Of a DNA stretch of 50,920 bases, positions 1 to 9,485 are shown one piece after another. The first letter of the stretch is position 1, and every line of letters begins with the position of its first letter. Source of the stretch: an uncultured Burkholderiales bacterium. GTDB lineage: Bacteria > Pseudomonadota > Gammaproteobacteria > Burkholderiales > Eutrophovitaceae. The stretch lies in contig CBFIFN010000002.1 of assembly GCA_965661885.1 (NCBI GenBank), positions 1-50,920 of the forward strand, written 5' to 3'. The translations under genes were made by a program, and so were the position numbers. Under the pieces are notes generated by a model. That model did no database searches, was not told the DNA's origin, and saw only the letters and a program-made list of their open reading frames with translations.

Positions 1-45
1 AAACTAGGTGTAGACTTTTCGCAGTGTGGGGGCCCAGTATTTCCA

Positions 46-70
46 AAACCAATAGAGAATTTATTGGTTT
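46..70. terminator. AT-rich hairpin AAACCAATA-N7-TATTGGTTT with a flanking T-run; possible weak or bidirectional intrinsic terminator just past the tolC stop
   Basis: Perfect 9-bp inverted repeat at 46-54 and 62-70 with a 7-nt loop, followed on the + strand by TTTT. It sits directly next to the tolC stop codon (72-74, minus strand). The stem has only 2 G:C pairs, so it is weak. Confidence 0.3.
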
Positions 71-71
71 T

Positions 72-1382
72 TTAATTTACGAAAAGAGCATTAAAGTCCG
101 CCATATCTTGTTCCACCATCCTACCCGTGATCCACTGTAGTCTGAACTTCGCTAGGATCGCGTCGCGAATTGCGCCGTACATGTCTCTTCGTGCCTCGGC
201 GAGAAGGGTCTCCGCGTCAAGAACATCTACCGCGGTCCGAACGCCAACTTCCAAACCCAACTTAGTCGACTCAACTTGTAGCTTGGTCGATGCTAGGGCT
301 TGTTCAAATGCGGTTACCCGCGCTAAGCCGGTAGTGGTGTCCAGATAAGCCTCTCGGGTCTCTTGAGCGACTTTACGTTTTATATATTCTAGCTCTTGAA
401 GCGCCCCGTCATACTGTGACACAGCCTCACGAGTTTCAGAATTAACCTTACCTCCCTCAAAGAGAGGCACCTTTAACCGCAGACCGACAATACCAGCGGT
501 CGTATCAGTACCAGCACCGAAGGTACTATTTCCCGCGTAACTATCCGTAACCGCACCGACCAAATCAACCGTGGGTGCTGCACCCAGTCTGCTATATTCC
601 ACTCGGGTCTTTGCGATCTCTAGCTCGTGTTGCGCAAGCACCATTTCAAGAGATTGTTCACTCGCTCGGCGAACCCAAACATCTATATCATTAGGCATCG
701 GGGCATCCATCTCAAATGGCATTTTTACGGGGGCCAAACTTTCTAAAACTGGCTTCCCTACAAGCTTTTGTAATGCCTCTTGGGACACTCGAAGCAAATT
801 TTGAGCCGCTAACTCCTCAGCTGACACCAGGTCGAACCTAGCTTGAGCCTCTCGCTGGTCTGTAATTGTCGCAGTACCTACAGAGAAATTTCGTTTCGCC
901 AACTCAAGTTGCTCTGAAATCGCTGACTTTTGCGCCCGCACCGTACCCAATTGAGTTCTCGCGATGAGTACGTCAGCATAAGCGTACATGGTTCGCTTCA
1001 TGAGGTTTTGATTCGCCAACTCAAGCCTAGTGCTAGCCTTGATTATTTCTAACTGCGCTATATCGATTGCGACATCGTTTTGCTTTCTATATAGCGATTG
1101 TGTTGCAGTTACACCATACTCATACGAACCAAAATCGCTATGACCTGAACTAAATGGCGACTCGGAATCGATACTGTTGTAATCGTAACCCGCCTCCAAA
1201 TTAATTTGTGGTAATCGGCTCGCCTGAGCTTGCGGTAAACGCTCCTGCACAGCGAGATACTCAGCCTTCGCGGCGGCATACTGAGCATCATTCCTCACAG
1301 CTTCACGATAAATCTCCATCAGATCAACGGCCTGAGCGAAGCTAGAAAACATCAAAAATAACAAAGTAACTACGCGAATCAT
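72..1382 (-). CDS. tolC: TolC-family outer membrane channel protein
   Basis: 436 aa. Signal peptide MIRVVTLLFLMFSSFAQA|VDL, TolC-like N-terminus (LMEIYREAVRNDAQYAAAKAEY) and two tandem OEP-like halves. ATG at 1382. Confidence 0.85.
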   Translation of the reverse strand: MIRVVTLLFLMFSSFAQAVDLMEIYREAVRNDAQYAAAKAEYLAVQERLPQAQASRLPQINLEAGYDYNSIDSESPFSSGHSDFGSYEYGVTATQSLYRKQNDVAIDIAQLEIIKASTRLELANQNLMKRTMYAYADVLIARTQLGTVRAQKSAISEQLELAKRNFSVGTATITDQREAQARFDLVSAEELAAQNLLRVSQEALQKLVGKPVLESLAPVKMPFEMDAPMPNDIDVWVRRASEQSLEMVLAQHELEIAKTRVEYSRLGAAPTVDLVGAVTDSYAGNSTFGAGTDTTAGIVGLRLKVPLFEGGKVNSETREAVSQYDGALQELEYIKRKVAQETREAYLDTTTGLARVTAFEQALASTKLQVESTKLGLEVGVRTAVDVLDAETLLAEARRDMYGAIRDAILAKFRLQWITGRMVEQDMADFNALFVN

Positions 1383-1470
1383 TTCAAAACTGTCCCTATT
1401 TTTTTGGATATACGAAAAAAGGTTACGGTTGACAATATACCTTTAAACCTCACGATTTGCTCCCAACCTA

Positions 1471-2322
1471 TCAGTAATTGGACATTTCAGAGGATCTTAT
1501 TGTGTTCTCCAGCAGCATTGTGATGGTCATAGGACCCACCCCACCCGGCACTGGCGTTAAAAACCCGGCAACAGTTAAGGCGGACTGATAGTCGACATCA
1601 CCCACTAGAGACCCGTTTTCAAGACGATTGATTCCGACGTCGATAACAGCGGCACCCTTCTTAATCATCGATGCCTCTAACATGTTGGGTTTTCCCACAG
1701 CCACCACGACGATATCTGCCTGCCTAGTAAACATGCTCAAATCTGCTGTTTTTGAAGTACAAATCGAGACAGTCGCACCCTTTTCCAACAACATTAAGGC
1801 CATAGGTTTTCCGACAATGTTACTTCGCCCAATCACAACTGCATGTTGACCTTCGATTGGGATGCCATAGTAGTCCAGGAGCATCATGATTCCGTGGGGG
1901 GTGCAAGGGTAAAACCTAGCATTACCGGTGACCATAGCCCCCACATTCACTTTATGAAACCCATCAACATCCTTTTCAGGAGATATTGTTTCTAATATTT
2001 TGTTTTCATTTATGTGAGCGGGAAGTGGCAGTTGCACCAAAATACCGTTAACAGTTGGGTCATTATTTAATCGGACTAAGTTCTCCAAAACCACGTGCTC
2101 CGGCACATCCACTGGCAATCGGATTTCAGTAGATTGAATCCCAATCGAATCACAAGCTGCGACTTTGTTGCGAACATAAACCTGCGAGGCTGCATTTTCT
2201 CCTACTAAAATAACCGCCAGTCCAGGTTTAACTCCGCGACCTAACATAGCTTCAACCCTGCATTTCATTTTATCTCTCAGGACCTGAGATACCAACTTAC
2301 CATCTACCAGTACCGCGCTCAT
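1471..2322 (-). CDS. folD: Bifunctional methylenetetrahydrofolate dehydrogenase/methenyl-THF cyclohydrolase FolD
   Basis: Motifs GRSNIVGKPMA and PGGVGPMT. I start at the ATG at 2322 (MSAVLVDGK...), preceded by GGTGGA, rather than the 5-codon-longer track start at 2337. Confidence 0.95.
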   Translation of the reverse strand: MSAVLVDGKLVSQVLRDKMKCRVEAMLGRGVKPGLAVILVGENAASQVYVRNKVAACDSIGIQSTEIRLPVDVPEHVVLENLVRLNNDPTVNGILVQLPLPAHINENKILETISPEKDVDGFHKVNVGAMVTGNARFYPCTPHGIMMLLDYYGIPIEGQHAVVIGRSNIVGKPMALMLLEKGATVSICTSKTADLSMFTRQADIVVVAVGKPNMLEASMIKKGAAVIDVGINRLENGSLVGDVDYQSALTVAGFLTPVPGGVGPMTITMLLENTIRSSEMSNY

Positions 2323-2384
2323 TTTCCACCTACCCAACTCGATGATGTTAAATACTTAAATCAAACCACAAACCCCTATAACTC

Positions 2385-4499
2385 TCAGCCGCCAAGACGC
2401 GTGTTCACTGTCTCAATATCCGCAAGCGTCGAGTAGTATACAGGGCCTCGCCCCATATCTGCCTCTTTTTGACTGGTAAGCGCATTTAAATTAAATCCAT
2501 TTTTCATTTTGGAACCTTGTAACTGCTTTGGCGCCCCAACGACCCCCTCTCTCAGCCCACTCACAATGCGTGCATGGCCAAACACCTCTCCTCGGTCGTT
2601 AAATAATCGACATAGATCTCCGTCCGTTATAGCTCGTTTTGCGGCGTCTGATGGGTTCAACTCAAAGGTTGGACGTGACAACATATTTTGCAGATGTTCA
2701 ACATGCTGAAAAGTAGATCCTATGAAGTAATGAGTTGCCCCGCTAACGACCTGCAAGGGATACGGGCTTGATGAATTGACACTCGATAGCCCCTCCTTCT
2801 CTGGAATATGTCCGGGCATAGGGTCGAGCCCGAGATCGGCCATTTTTTGCGAATAAATCTCAATTTTGCCAGAGGGAGTTGGCCAGGTCCCCGAATTTAT
2901 CCCCTTCCGTCTAGGGGAATCAACGGCGCTTCTTAACCATCCATGTTTTTTAAGTAAATCTAACGTGACTCCTTCGAAAAGAGGGTTAAATTCCGGATCT
3001 ATGATCTCCTCAATCATTTCTTCATCAGTCTGCGCAAAGCACGCCTCGGTATATCCCATTTTTTTTGCAAGTCGACGAAACAATTCACTATTGTCCAAGC
3101 TCTCGCCGATTTTTTCGATGGCAGGTAAAGATAAGCCGTAGTAATAGGCTCCATATCCAGCCAGCAAGTCCATTCGCTCAAGAGCCGTGTCGGCTGGCAA
3201 CAATATATCTGCGTAGGAGGCAGAGTCCGTGTAAAACGTGTCATGCACAACGGTGAACAGATCAGGTCTCGATAGTCCTTGCCGCACGGCCTTTGTATCC
3301 GGTACGCAGTTAGCTGGGTCAGCGTTCCAAACGAACAACGCCTTAACTTCCGGTGCAGTATTAGTGAGAGCATCGCCCAACTGAATCATATTAAAGTTTC
3401 TAGGGCTCCGGCCCTTAAGTAATTCAGATCGGTAGACCTTACTTTCGTCAAAAACACGCAATTCTCCGCCAGTTGAAACGCAAACCCCGCCATCGCCTCC
3501 AGCAGCTCCAGTGACCGTTGGGAGCAATTTAATTGCTCTCATCATAGATCCACCGTTCTCGTGCCTTTGAATGCCCCAGTTACAACGTATAAAAGACTGT
3601 TTGGTAGATGCGTATAGCTCAGTCAGCTTCAATATATCCGACTCCTTCAAGCCGGTAATTTTAGCAACGCGTGATAAACTATAGTCAGGCAATCGCTCTC
3701 GGCGAAAACGGCTCCACCCTTTCGTATTTTGATCAAGAAACTCTTGATCATGCAACTGCCTTTCGACAATGATTTTCATCATACCTAACGCCAGCGCGGC
3801 ATCTGTGCCGGGTTTCGGGGTTATATGCCAATCAGCAAACTCTGTCGTACGTGTAACTCTGGGGTCAATCGCTATAATTTGAGCTCCGTTTTTTCGCGCT
3901 TGCTCCAAAAAAGGAACTGCATGAACGCCTGTGCTGATGATATTGGTACCCCAAAGAAGAATGACCTTCATTTGAGGAAGATTTTCAATATTTGCATCTC
4001 CCACGCGACCGAAAGTATATTGCTCAGCTGCAGCACCGGCCGCAGTGCAAATTGTCCGTTCTAACTGGCATGCCCCCATACGATTAAAAAAACGTTGTCC
4101 CATGCCGAGGAACCCAGCCATCCCCAGCGTGCCCGAGTAAGAAAAGGGCAGCACTGATTCAGGACCATTCGTTTTGATGATACGTTTTAGTCGTGTGGAC
4201 ACTTCGTCCAAAGCCTCGTCCCATGAGATCCGCTTCCACTTTGCACCAGCCCCTTTGGGGCCGATTCTTCTCTGTGGATAAAGAACTCTGCGATCGCTGT
4301 AAACATAGTCAAGATAACTATTAACCTTCCCACACAAGAAGCCTCTCGTCACAGGATGTGTCTTGTCTCCCTCAACCTTCACAGCACGACCAGTACTCTT
4401 ATCGACGGATACAGTCATCGAGCATCCATCCGGGCAGTCATGCGGACAAGAAACATGCACTTTTTTAATGTCGCCGGTCTCCAAAGTCCGCTTCTCCAT
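2385..4499 (-). CDS. Molybdopterin (bis-MGD) oxidoreductase, single subunit, substrate unknown
   Basis: N-terminal 4Fe-4S motif CPHDCPDGCSM, with a fourth Cys further on (FLCGK). Length and layout are typical of the COG0243 family. No twin-arginine signal. The track ORF starts at a TTG at 4592; the ATG at 4499 has an AGGAGAAG SD 7 nt upstream and is preferred. Confidence 0.85.
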   Translation of the reverse strand: MEKRTLETGDIKKVHVSCPHDCPDGCSMTVSVDKSTGRAVKVEGDKTHPVTRGFLCGKVNSYLDYVYSDRRVLYPQRRIGPKGAGAKWKRISWDEALDEVSTRLKRIIKTNGPESVLPFSYSGTLGMAGFLGMGQRFFNRMGACQLERTICTAAGAAAEQYTFGRVGDANIENLPQMKVILLWGTNIISTGVHAVPFLEQARKNGAQIIAIDPRVTRTTEFADWHITPKPGTDAALALGMMKIIVERQLHDQEFLDQNTKGWSRFRRERLPDYSLSRVAKITGLKESDILKLTELYASTKQSFIRCNWGIQRHENGGSMMRAIKLLPTVTGAAGGDGGVCVSTGGELRVFDESKVYRSELLKGRSPRNFNMIQLGDALTNTAPEVKALFVWNADPANCVPDTKAVRQGLSRPDLFTVVHDTFYTDSASYADILLPADTALERMDLLAGYGAYYYGLSLPAIEKIGESLDNSELFRRLAKKMGYTEACFAQTDEEMIEEIIDPEFNPLFEGVTLDLLKKHGWLRSAVDSPRRKGINSGTWPTPSGKIEIYSQKMADLGLDPMPGHIPEKEGLSSVNSSSPYPLQVVSGATHYFIGSTFQHVEHLQNMLSRPTFELNPSDAAKRAITDGDLCRLFNDRGEVFGHARIVSGLREGVVGAPKQLQGSKMKNGFNLNALTSQKEADMGRGPVYYSTLADIETVNTRLGG

Positions 4500-4678
4500 A
4501 ACCACTTCTCCTGGCAAGATTGGATCCGCTGCTTTTTGAACGAACCCTTGGTCGTATTTGTCAATACAATGTAGTGGAGTAAATTCTACCAAATACGGTT
4601 GTACTGCGGTAAGCCATTTTTGCTTAAAATAAACTTTTCTGAACCATTAAAATAGCATTCAAAATAGGGTTAAATATA

Positions 4679-5182
4679 GTGCTAGAACATAAGCGGACAT
4701 CAATCAAAAAGCTACATCACCTAGCCATGCGTTGCCTAGACACAGAGCAAACACGGCGTTTTTACGAGGATTTTTTAGGCTTACCACTGGTTCATGCCAT
4801 CAACATTACCGAAACCAAAACGGGACGAGCCACGAACGCCTTGCATACGTTCTTCCAGCTAAATGACCAATCTCACATAGCTTTTTTTGAGAGTCCAGAA
4901 AAACCGTTCATTTTTAAAAAGCAACACGATTTTGACCTTCATGTTGCCCTAGAGGTCGAGGAGCAAGTCATGCTTAGCCTTTTCGAAAAAGCAAAAATGC
5001 AAAAAATAGAAGCTCGCGGAGTCAGTGATCATGATTTCATACACTCCGTTTACTTCAGGGATCCAAATGGCTATGTCGTTGAGCTTTCTACGAAGCAACC
5101 TCGACATGACGAAACCCTAGACCCGCGTAAAAATGATGCTCGTGAAATACTAGACTTTTGGCAAAAAAATAAAAATAAGTAG
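4679..5182 (+). CDS. VOC (glyoxalase/bleomycin-resistance/extradiol dioxygenase) family protein
   Basis: 167 aa. The N-terminal strand-helix LHHLAMRCLDTEQTRRFYEDFLGLPLV is typical of VOC folds. GTG start at 4679. Confidence 0.7.
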   Translation: MLEHKRTSIKKLHHLAMRCLDTEQTRRFYEDFLGLPLVHAINITETKTGRATNALHTFFQLNDQSHIAFFESPEKPFIFKKQHDFDLHVALEVEEQVMLSLFEKAKMQKIEARGVSDHDFIHSVYFRDPNGYVVELSTKQPRHDETLDPRKNDAREILDFWQKNKNK

Positions 5183-5208
5183 TTTTTACATTTGGAGGAA
5201 TAGCAAAG

Positions 5209-6000
5209 ATGACATTCGATCAAATTTTGTATCAAGTGAAAGATGGTGTAGCGACGATAACGTTAAACCAACCAGAGTCACTCAACAGCTTCACGACCAG
5301 CATGCTCAACGAACTCAGCGAAGCGCTTAAAAACGCAAATACAGATAGTTTAGTTCGCGTAATAGTTTTAACGGGCGCTGGTCGAGGTTTCTGTGCCGGA
5401 CAAAACTTAAAAGAACGACAACGATCAGCGGATCAGCCAAAAACTGATATTGGCGATTCGTTAAAGAAACGTTATGTGCCAATTGTCAGCGCCATCCGTA
5501 ATGCGTGCAAACCAGTCATAGGTGCCGTTAATGGGATCGCTGCCGGAGCGGGTGCAAACGTTGCTTTATCTTGCGATTTAGTCGTAGCCAAGGAGTCAGC
5601 AAAATTCCTTCAAGCATTCACGCGCATTGGGTTAATGCCGGACGCAGGAGGAACATTCTTTCTAACGAGAACTGCCGGTCGCCAAAGAGCCATGGGTATG
5701 TCCTTACTGGCTCAACCCATTACCTCTCGCCAAGCCGAATCCTGGGGATTAATTTGGAAAGCGGTCCCGGATGACGAATTTGAAAACGAAATCACCCAGG
5801 TTGCCAAGCATCTTGCAAATGGTCCTACCTTAGCCTTCGCGAAGACAAAACAAGCCATCATTGCCGCAGAAAAAAATGACTTCGATTCTGCAATTGAATT
5901 GGAGTGTGAACTGCAAAGTGGGTTGGGATTCAGTAAGGATTATGAAGAAGGTGTCAATGCGTTTTGGGAAAAAAGACCACCAGCTTTCAGCGGCACTTAG
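5209..6000 (+). CDS. Enoyl-CoA hydratase/isomerase (crotonase), PaaG-like
   Basis: 263 aa. Crotonase oxyanion motif LTGAGRGFCAGQNL and GAVNGIAAGAGAN. The N-terminal pattern resembles PaaG-type isomerases. Confidence 0.85.
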   Translation: MTFDQILYQVKDGVATITLNQPESLNSFTTSMLNELSEALKNANTDSLVRVIVLTGAGRGFCAGQNLKERQRSADQPKTDIGDSLKKRYVPIVSAIRNACKPVIGAVNGIAAGAGANVALSCDLVVAKESAKFLQAFTRIGLMPDAGGTFFLTRTAGRQRAMGMSLLAQPITSRQAESWGLIWKAVPDDEFENEITQVAKHLANGPTLAFAKTKQAIIAAEKNDFDSAIELECELQSGLGFSKDYEEGVNAFWEKRPPAFSGT

Positions 6001-6038
6001 CGAAATCAAAAGCAGACATCCCCTGAGAGACGTAATTA

Positions 6039-7469
6039 ATGACATCCAAAAACAAAAGCCTCATTTTCGTTTTGGTCTCTAGCATAACTTTCCTGATGTC
6101 AGGTTGTAATTCTTTGCAACCGTCGTTCGAAGAGTCAACGCTCGATTTGCCCGAGAGTTGGGCGAACTTGGAAAATGGCAACCTGTACATAGTCAACACA
6201 ACGGACATAGCACGTCTTCAATGGTGGGAAATGTTCAATGATCCCAATCTCTCATCACTCATAAAAGCTGGACTGGAGGCCAACCCGGATTTTACGATCG
6301 CAAAAATCAGAATCATCCAAGCTAAAGAACAATCCGTATCCGTAGGTGCCGACAAAAACCCAAGCGTGGACGCCAATTTAAGATCAAGCAAGTCAACCAG
6401 TAGTTCCGAGAGTAGTTTAGGCCGCACGAGTACCGTTATGAATACTCAATTCCAGACCAGTTGGGAATTCGACATCTTCGGAAAATTCGATAGAACCATA
6501 GAAGCTTCAAAGGCCAATCTTCAAAAGAAGATAGCGGCTAGTCACGGAGTAAAGGTGAGGCTCATTGCGGACATTGTTGAGTCTTACATCACATTTAGAT
6601 CGGTGCAGGAAGATTTGAAGCTAAACATCGAAGCAGCTCAATATCTAACAGACTTTCTGACGCTTTCATCGCTAGAATCACGAGTTGGAATCAGTTCCCA
6701 AGAAGAGGTATTCTTGGCGCGTTCTCGTCTTCTGAACACAAAGACCACAATCACTGGAAAAAGGAGTGACCTAAAAGAGTTGGGGATGGCGATTGATTTA
6801 TTGATAGGGAACAGTGCGGGAGATACATTCGAGAGGCTGATGGATTCAAAAAATTCATTGAATTCCCCTTCAAAAATCGCGATATCAATTCCCGCAGAAA
6901 CCATCCTACAAAGACCGGACATTCAGGAAGCGCTTTTTACCCTGCAAGAAGAGACGGCAAAAGTTGGGGTTGCCGAAGCACAGCGCTACCCAAGCTTTTC
7001 ACTTACTGGATCATTAGGGTTAGAGGCTCTTACAATTAACGCTCTAGGAAGTTCGAGCGCTAACTTCTCATCGATTCAAGCTAATCTCCTAGCACCTATA
7101 TTCAATTCCGGGGGGCTTACTGCAAACGTAAACGCACAAGTTGCAACCCGAGATGCAGCGCTAGAATCATATAAAAATGTGATATCCAATGGATTGATGG
7201 AAACAGAACAAGCGTTAGTCAATTTGTTATCGATTAAAGATCAACTAAGCGATATCAATAGATCCGTTGAGGCAGGGGAAAAGCATTTAGAATTAACACA
7301 GTATAGGCATCAAAGTGGCTTAGTCAGCCAAAGAGAGGTTCTTGACTCACTGAACGAATTGAATTCTTTAAAGACGAAACAGTCTCAGATAAAGTTCAGT
7401 GAGTTAAGCAGCATCACTCAGCTCTACAAAACACTCGGCGGTGGCTGGTCAGAAACTGTGAAAAATTAA
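6039..7469 (+). CDS. Efflux outer membrane factor lipoprotein (NodT/OprM family)
   Basis: 476 aa. Lipobox FLMSG|C after an N-terminal hydrophobic segment. Two OEP repeats and a C-terminal LYKTLGGGW motif typical of the OMF family. Confidence 0.85.
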   Translation: MTSKNKSLIFVLVSSITFLMSGCNSLQPSFEESTLDLPESWANLENGNLYIVNTTDIARLQWWEMFNDPNLSSLIKAGLEANPDFTIAKIRIIQAKEQSVSVGADKNPSVDANLRSSKSTSSSESSLGRTSTVMNTQFQTSWEFDIFGKFDRTIEASKANLQKKIAASHGVKVRLIADIVESYITFRSVQEDLKLNIEAAQYLTDFLTLSSLESRVGISSQEEVFLARSRLLNTKTTITGKRSDLKELGMAIDLLIGNSAGDTFERLMDSKNSLNSPSKIAISIPAETILQRPDIQEALFTLQEETAKVGVAEAQRYPSFSLTGSLGLEALTINALGSSSANFSSIQANLLAPIFNSGGLTANVNAQVATRDAALESYKNVISNGLMETEQALVNLLSIKDQLSDINRSVEAGEKHLELTQYRHQSGLVSQREVLDSLNELNSLKTKQSQIKFSELSSITQLYKTLGGGWSETVKN

Positions 7470-7504
7470 CTATAAGTTGGCATGAAAAAATTAAATAATA
7501 ACCA

Positions 7505-8779
7505 ATGATGACATCCTCTGGAAAATCACTACAAGACGTACTCAATAACGATAAAGAGGGAAAATCAGTATCAAAAAGAATCGTCAAGTATTTCATAATT
7601 GTTGTTATTGCATTAGGCATCGTCAGTTACTTTTGGCACTCGGAGGAAGTGAACAGCTTTGTCTACAAAACTGAGGAAGCAAAGATAGGTTCATTGGTGG
7701 TCACTGTCTCCGCGACGGGAAAATTAACTCCTACAAATCAAATTGAGGTCGGCAGTGAGTTATCAGGCATCATCGAGTCAGTTTTTGTGGAGGAGAACGA
7801 CGTGGTCGAATCCGGGCAAATTCTTGCTCAGCTAGACACCGCGAAACTAAACGATGCAGTGGAAAAATCCCAAGCAGCCTTGATAGGTCAGCAGGCCTCA
7901 GTGGCTCAAGCGCTCGCGACTTTGGCTGAGGCACGCACGAATCTTTATCGATTACGCCAACTCTACGAGCTATCCGACGGTGAGATTCCTTCTCAATCTC
8001 AAATTGATACCGCTGTTGCAAATTTGCGTCGAGCTCAAGCTGATGAGAAAAGCTCGAAAGCGGCAGTTCAGCAAGCTGAAGCCAATCTGAGATCGGATAA
8101 AACCAACTTATCAAAGGCAACGCTAATCTCACCTATAGATGGAGTCGTACTGAAACGCTCAATTGCACCCGGACAGACGGTGGCTGCATCCTTTCAAGCA
8201 CCCGTTTTGTTTACGATTGCTGAAGATCTAAGAAAAATGGAATTACATGTTGACGTTGATGAAGCTGACGTCGGCAGCATCAATAAAGGACAGACTTCTT
8301 ACTTCACAGTAGACGCTTGGCCAGACCGACAATACTCAGCAACCATTCACAGGGTTAGCTTCGCTGCTGACAATACCGACGATGTGGTCACGTATCCGAC
8401 CATTTTAGATGTCGTTAATACAGATTTGTCACTCAGACCTGGAATGACGGGCACAGCCGTCATAACTACGTTAAATTTGGAAAATCAAATTTTGGTTCCA
8501 AACGCTGTATTTCGCCTAAATCTACGTGCAAATATCGATACGGAAGAGCCGAAAAAAAGTGTATTTGGCTTCTTATTTCCTCGGTCCAAAAAACCTAAAC
8601 GCGAAGTCCATACCGAACAAAAAGCAGGACTATCGAAGTTATGGATACTATCCGAAGACGGACCCACGGAGATTGCGGTTGAAATTATCGCAACGAATGA
8701 AAAATACAGTGCTGTTTTATCCGATCAGCTAAAAATCGGATCAAAGGTGATAACCAGTGCGATAAAAGAAGATCTCTAG
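7505..8779 (+). CDS. HlyD/MacA-type periplasmic adaptor (membrane fusion protein)
   Basis: 424 aa. One N-terminal TM segment, a lipoyl-like segment, a long Ala/Gln-rich coiled coil and a beta-barrel domain. Sits directly upstream of the ABC ATPase and permease. Confidence 0.85.
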   Translation: MMTSSGKSLQDVLNNDKEGKSVSKRIVKYFIIVVIALGIVSYFWHSEEVNSFVYKTEEAKIGSLVVTVSATGKLTPTNQIEVGSELSGIIESVFVEENDVVESGQILAQLDTAKLNDAVEKSQAALIGQQASVAQALATLAEARTNLYRLRQLYELSDGEIPSQSQIDTAVANLRRAQADEKSSKAAVQQAEANLRSDKTNLSKATLISPIDGVVLKRSIAPGQTVAASFQAPVLFTIAEDLRKMELHVDVDEADVGSINKGQTSYFTVDAWPDRQYSATIHRVSFAADNTDDVVTYPTILDVVNTDLSLRPGMTGTAVITTLNLENQILVPNAVFRLNLRANIDTEEPKKSVFGFLFPRSKKPKREVHTEQKAGLSKLWILSEDGPTEIAVEIIATNEKYSAVLSDQLKIGSKVITSAIKEDL

Positions 8780-8800
8780 GTCTGTTAGGAAAAAATCGTA

Positions 8801-9472
8801 ATGGCACTCATTGAACTCAAAAATGTAACAAAAACCTATGGAACAGAAGGCGCCACATTTGAAGCACTCAAGGGCCTAGATCTAAAAATAGAAGACGGGG
8901 AGTTTTTAGCGCTGATGGGGCCAAGCGGGTCTGGTAAATCAACCACCATGAATATTGCTGCCTGTTTGGATACGCTGACTAGTGGAAGCTATCTTTTCCA
9001 AGATATTGCTGTCGAGTCCCTAGACGGACAGCAACGAACACTACTCAGAAGGCATTTTTTAGGATTTATTTTCCAGGGGTTCAATTTACTTGCCAGGAGT
9101 TCAGCGCTGGAGAATGTGGAGCTTCCTCTTATTTATCGAGGTGATACGCGGCGCGAGCGACGACTCGCCGCTGCCGAGGCGCTTGACAAAGTTGGCCTAT
9201 TGAATTGGAGGCGCCATACCCCCAGCGAACTTTCCGGAGGACAGCAACAACGAGTAGCGATTGCCAGGGCAATTGTTACAAAACCAAAAATCCTGCTAGC
9301 TGATGAGCCCACTGGAAATTTAGATTCGGTGACAAGTTCAGAAATCATGTCACTGCTCAAGGCACTAAATAGGGATTTAGGTATCACCGTCATTATGGTC
9401 ACCCATGAACAGGATATGGCCGAGAATGCCTCAAGAGTGGTGCATTTTTTAGATGGCCAGATTATTAACTAA
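8801..9472 (+). CDS. ABC transporter ATP-binding protein (MacB/LolD-like)
   Basis: Walker A GPSGSGKST, signature LSGGQQQRVAIARA, Walker B LLADEPTGNLD. Confidence 0.9.
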   Translation: MALIELKNVTKTYGTEGATFEALKGLDLKIEDGEFLALMGPSGSGKSTTMNIAACLDTLTSGSYLFQDIAVESLDGQQRTLLRRHFLGFIFQGFNLLARSSALENVELPLIYRGDTRRERRLAAAEALDKVGLLNWRRHTPSELSGGQQQRVAIARAIVTKPKILLADEPTGNLDSVTSSEIMSLLKALNRDLGITVIMVTHEQDMAENASRVVHFLDGQIIN

Positions 9473-9485
9473 GCGGTACTAAATT

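Noticed and set aside
4500-4678. Possible Moco riboswitch or selenocysteine recoding associated with the molybdoenzyme
   Set aside because: I read the 179-nt leader on the minus strand and found none of the conserved Moco-riboswitch sequence blocks I can recall. The ORF has no in-frame TGA.
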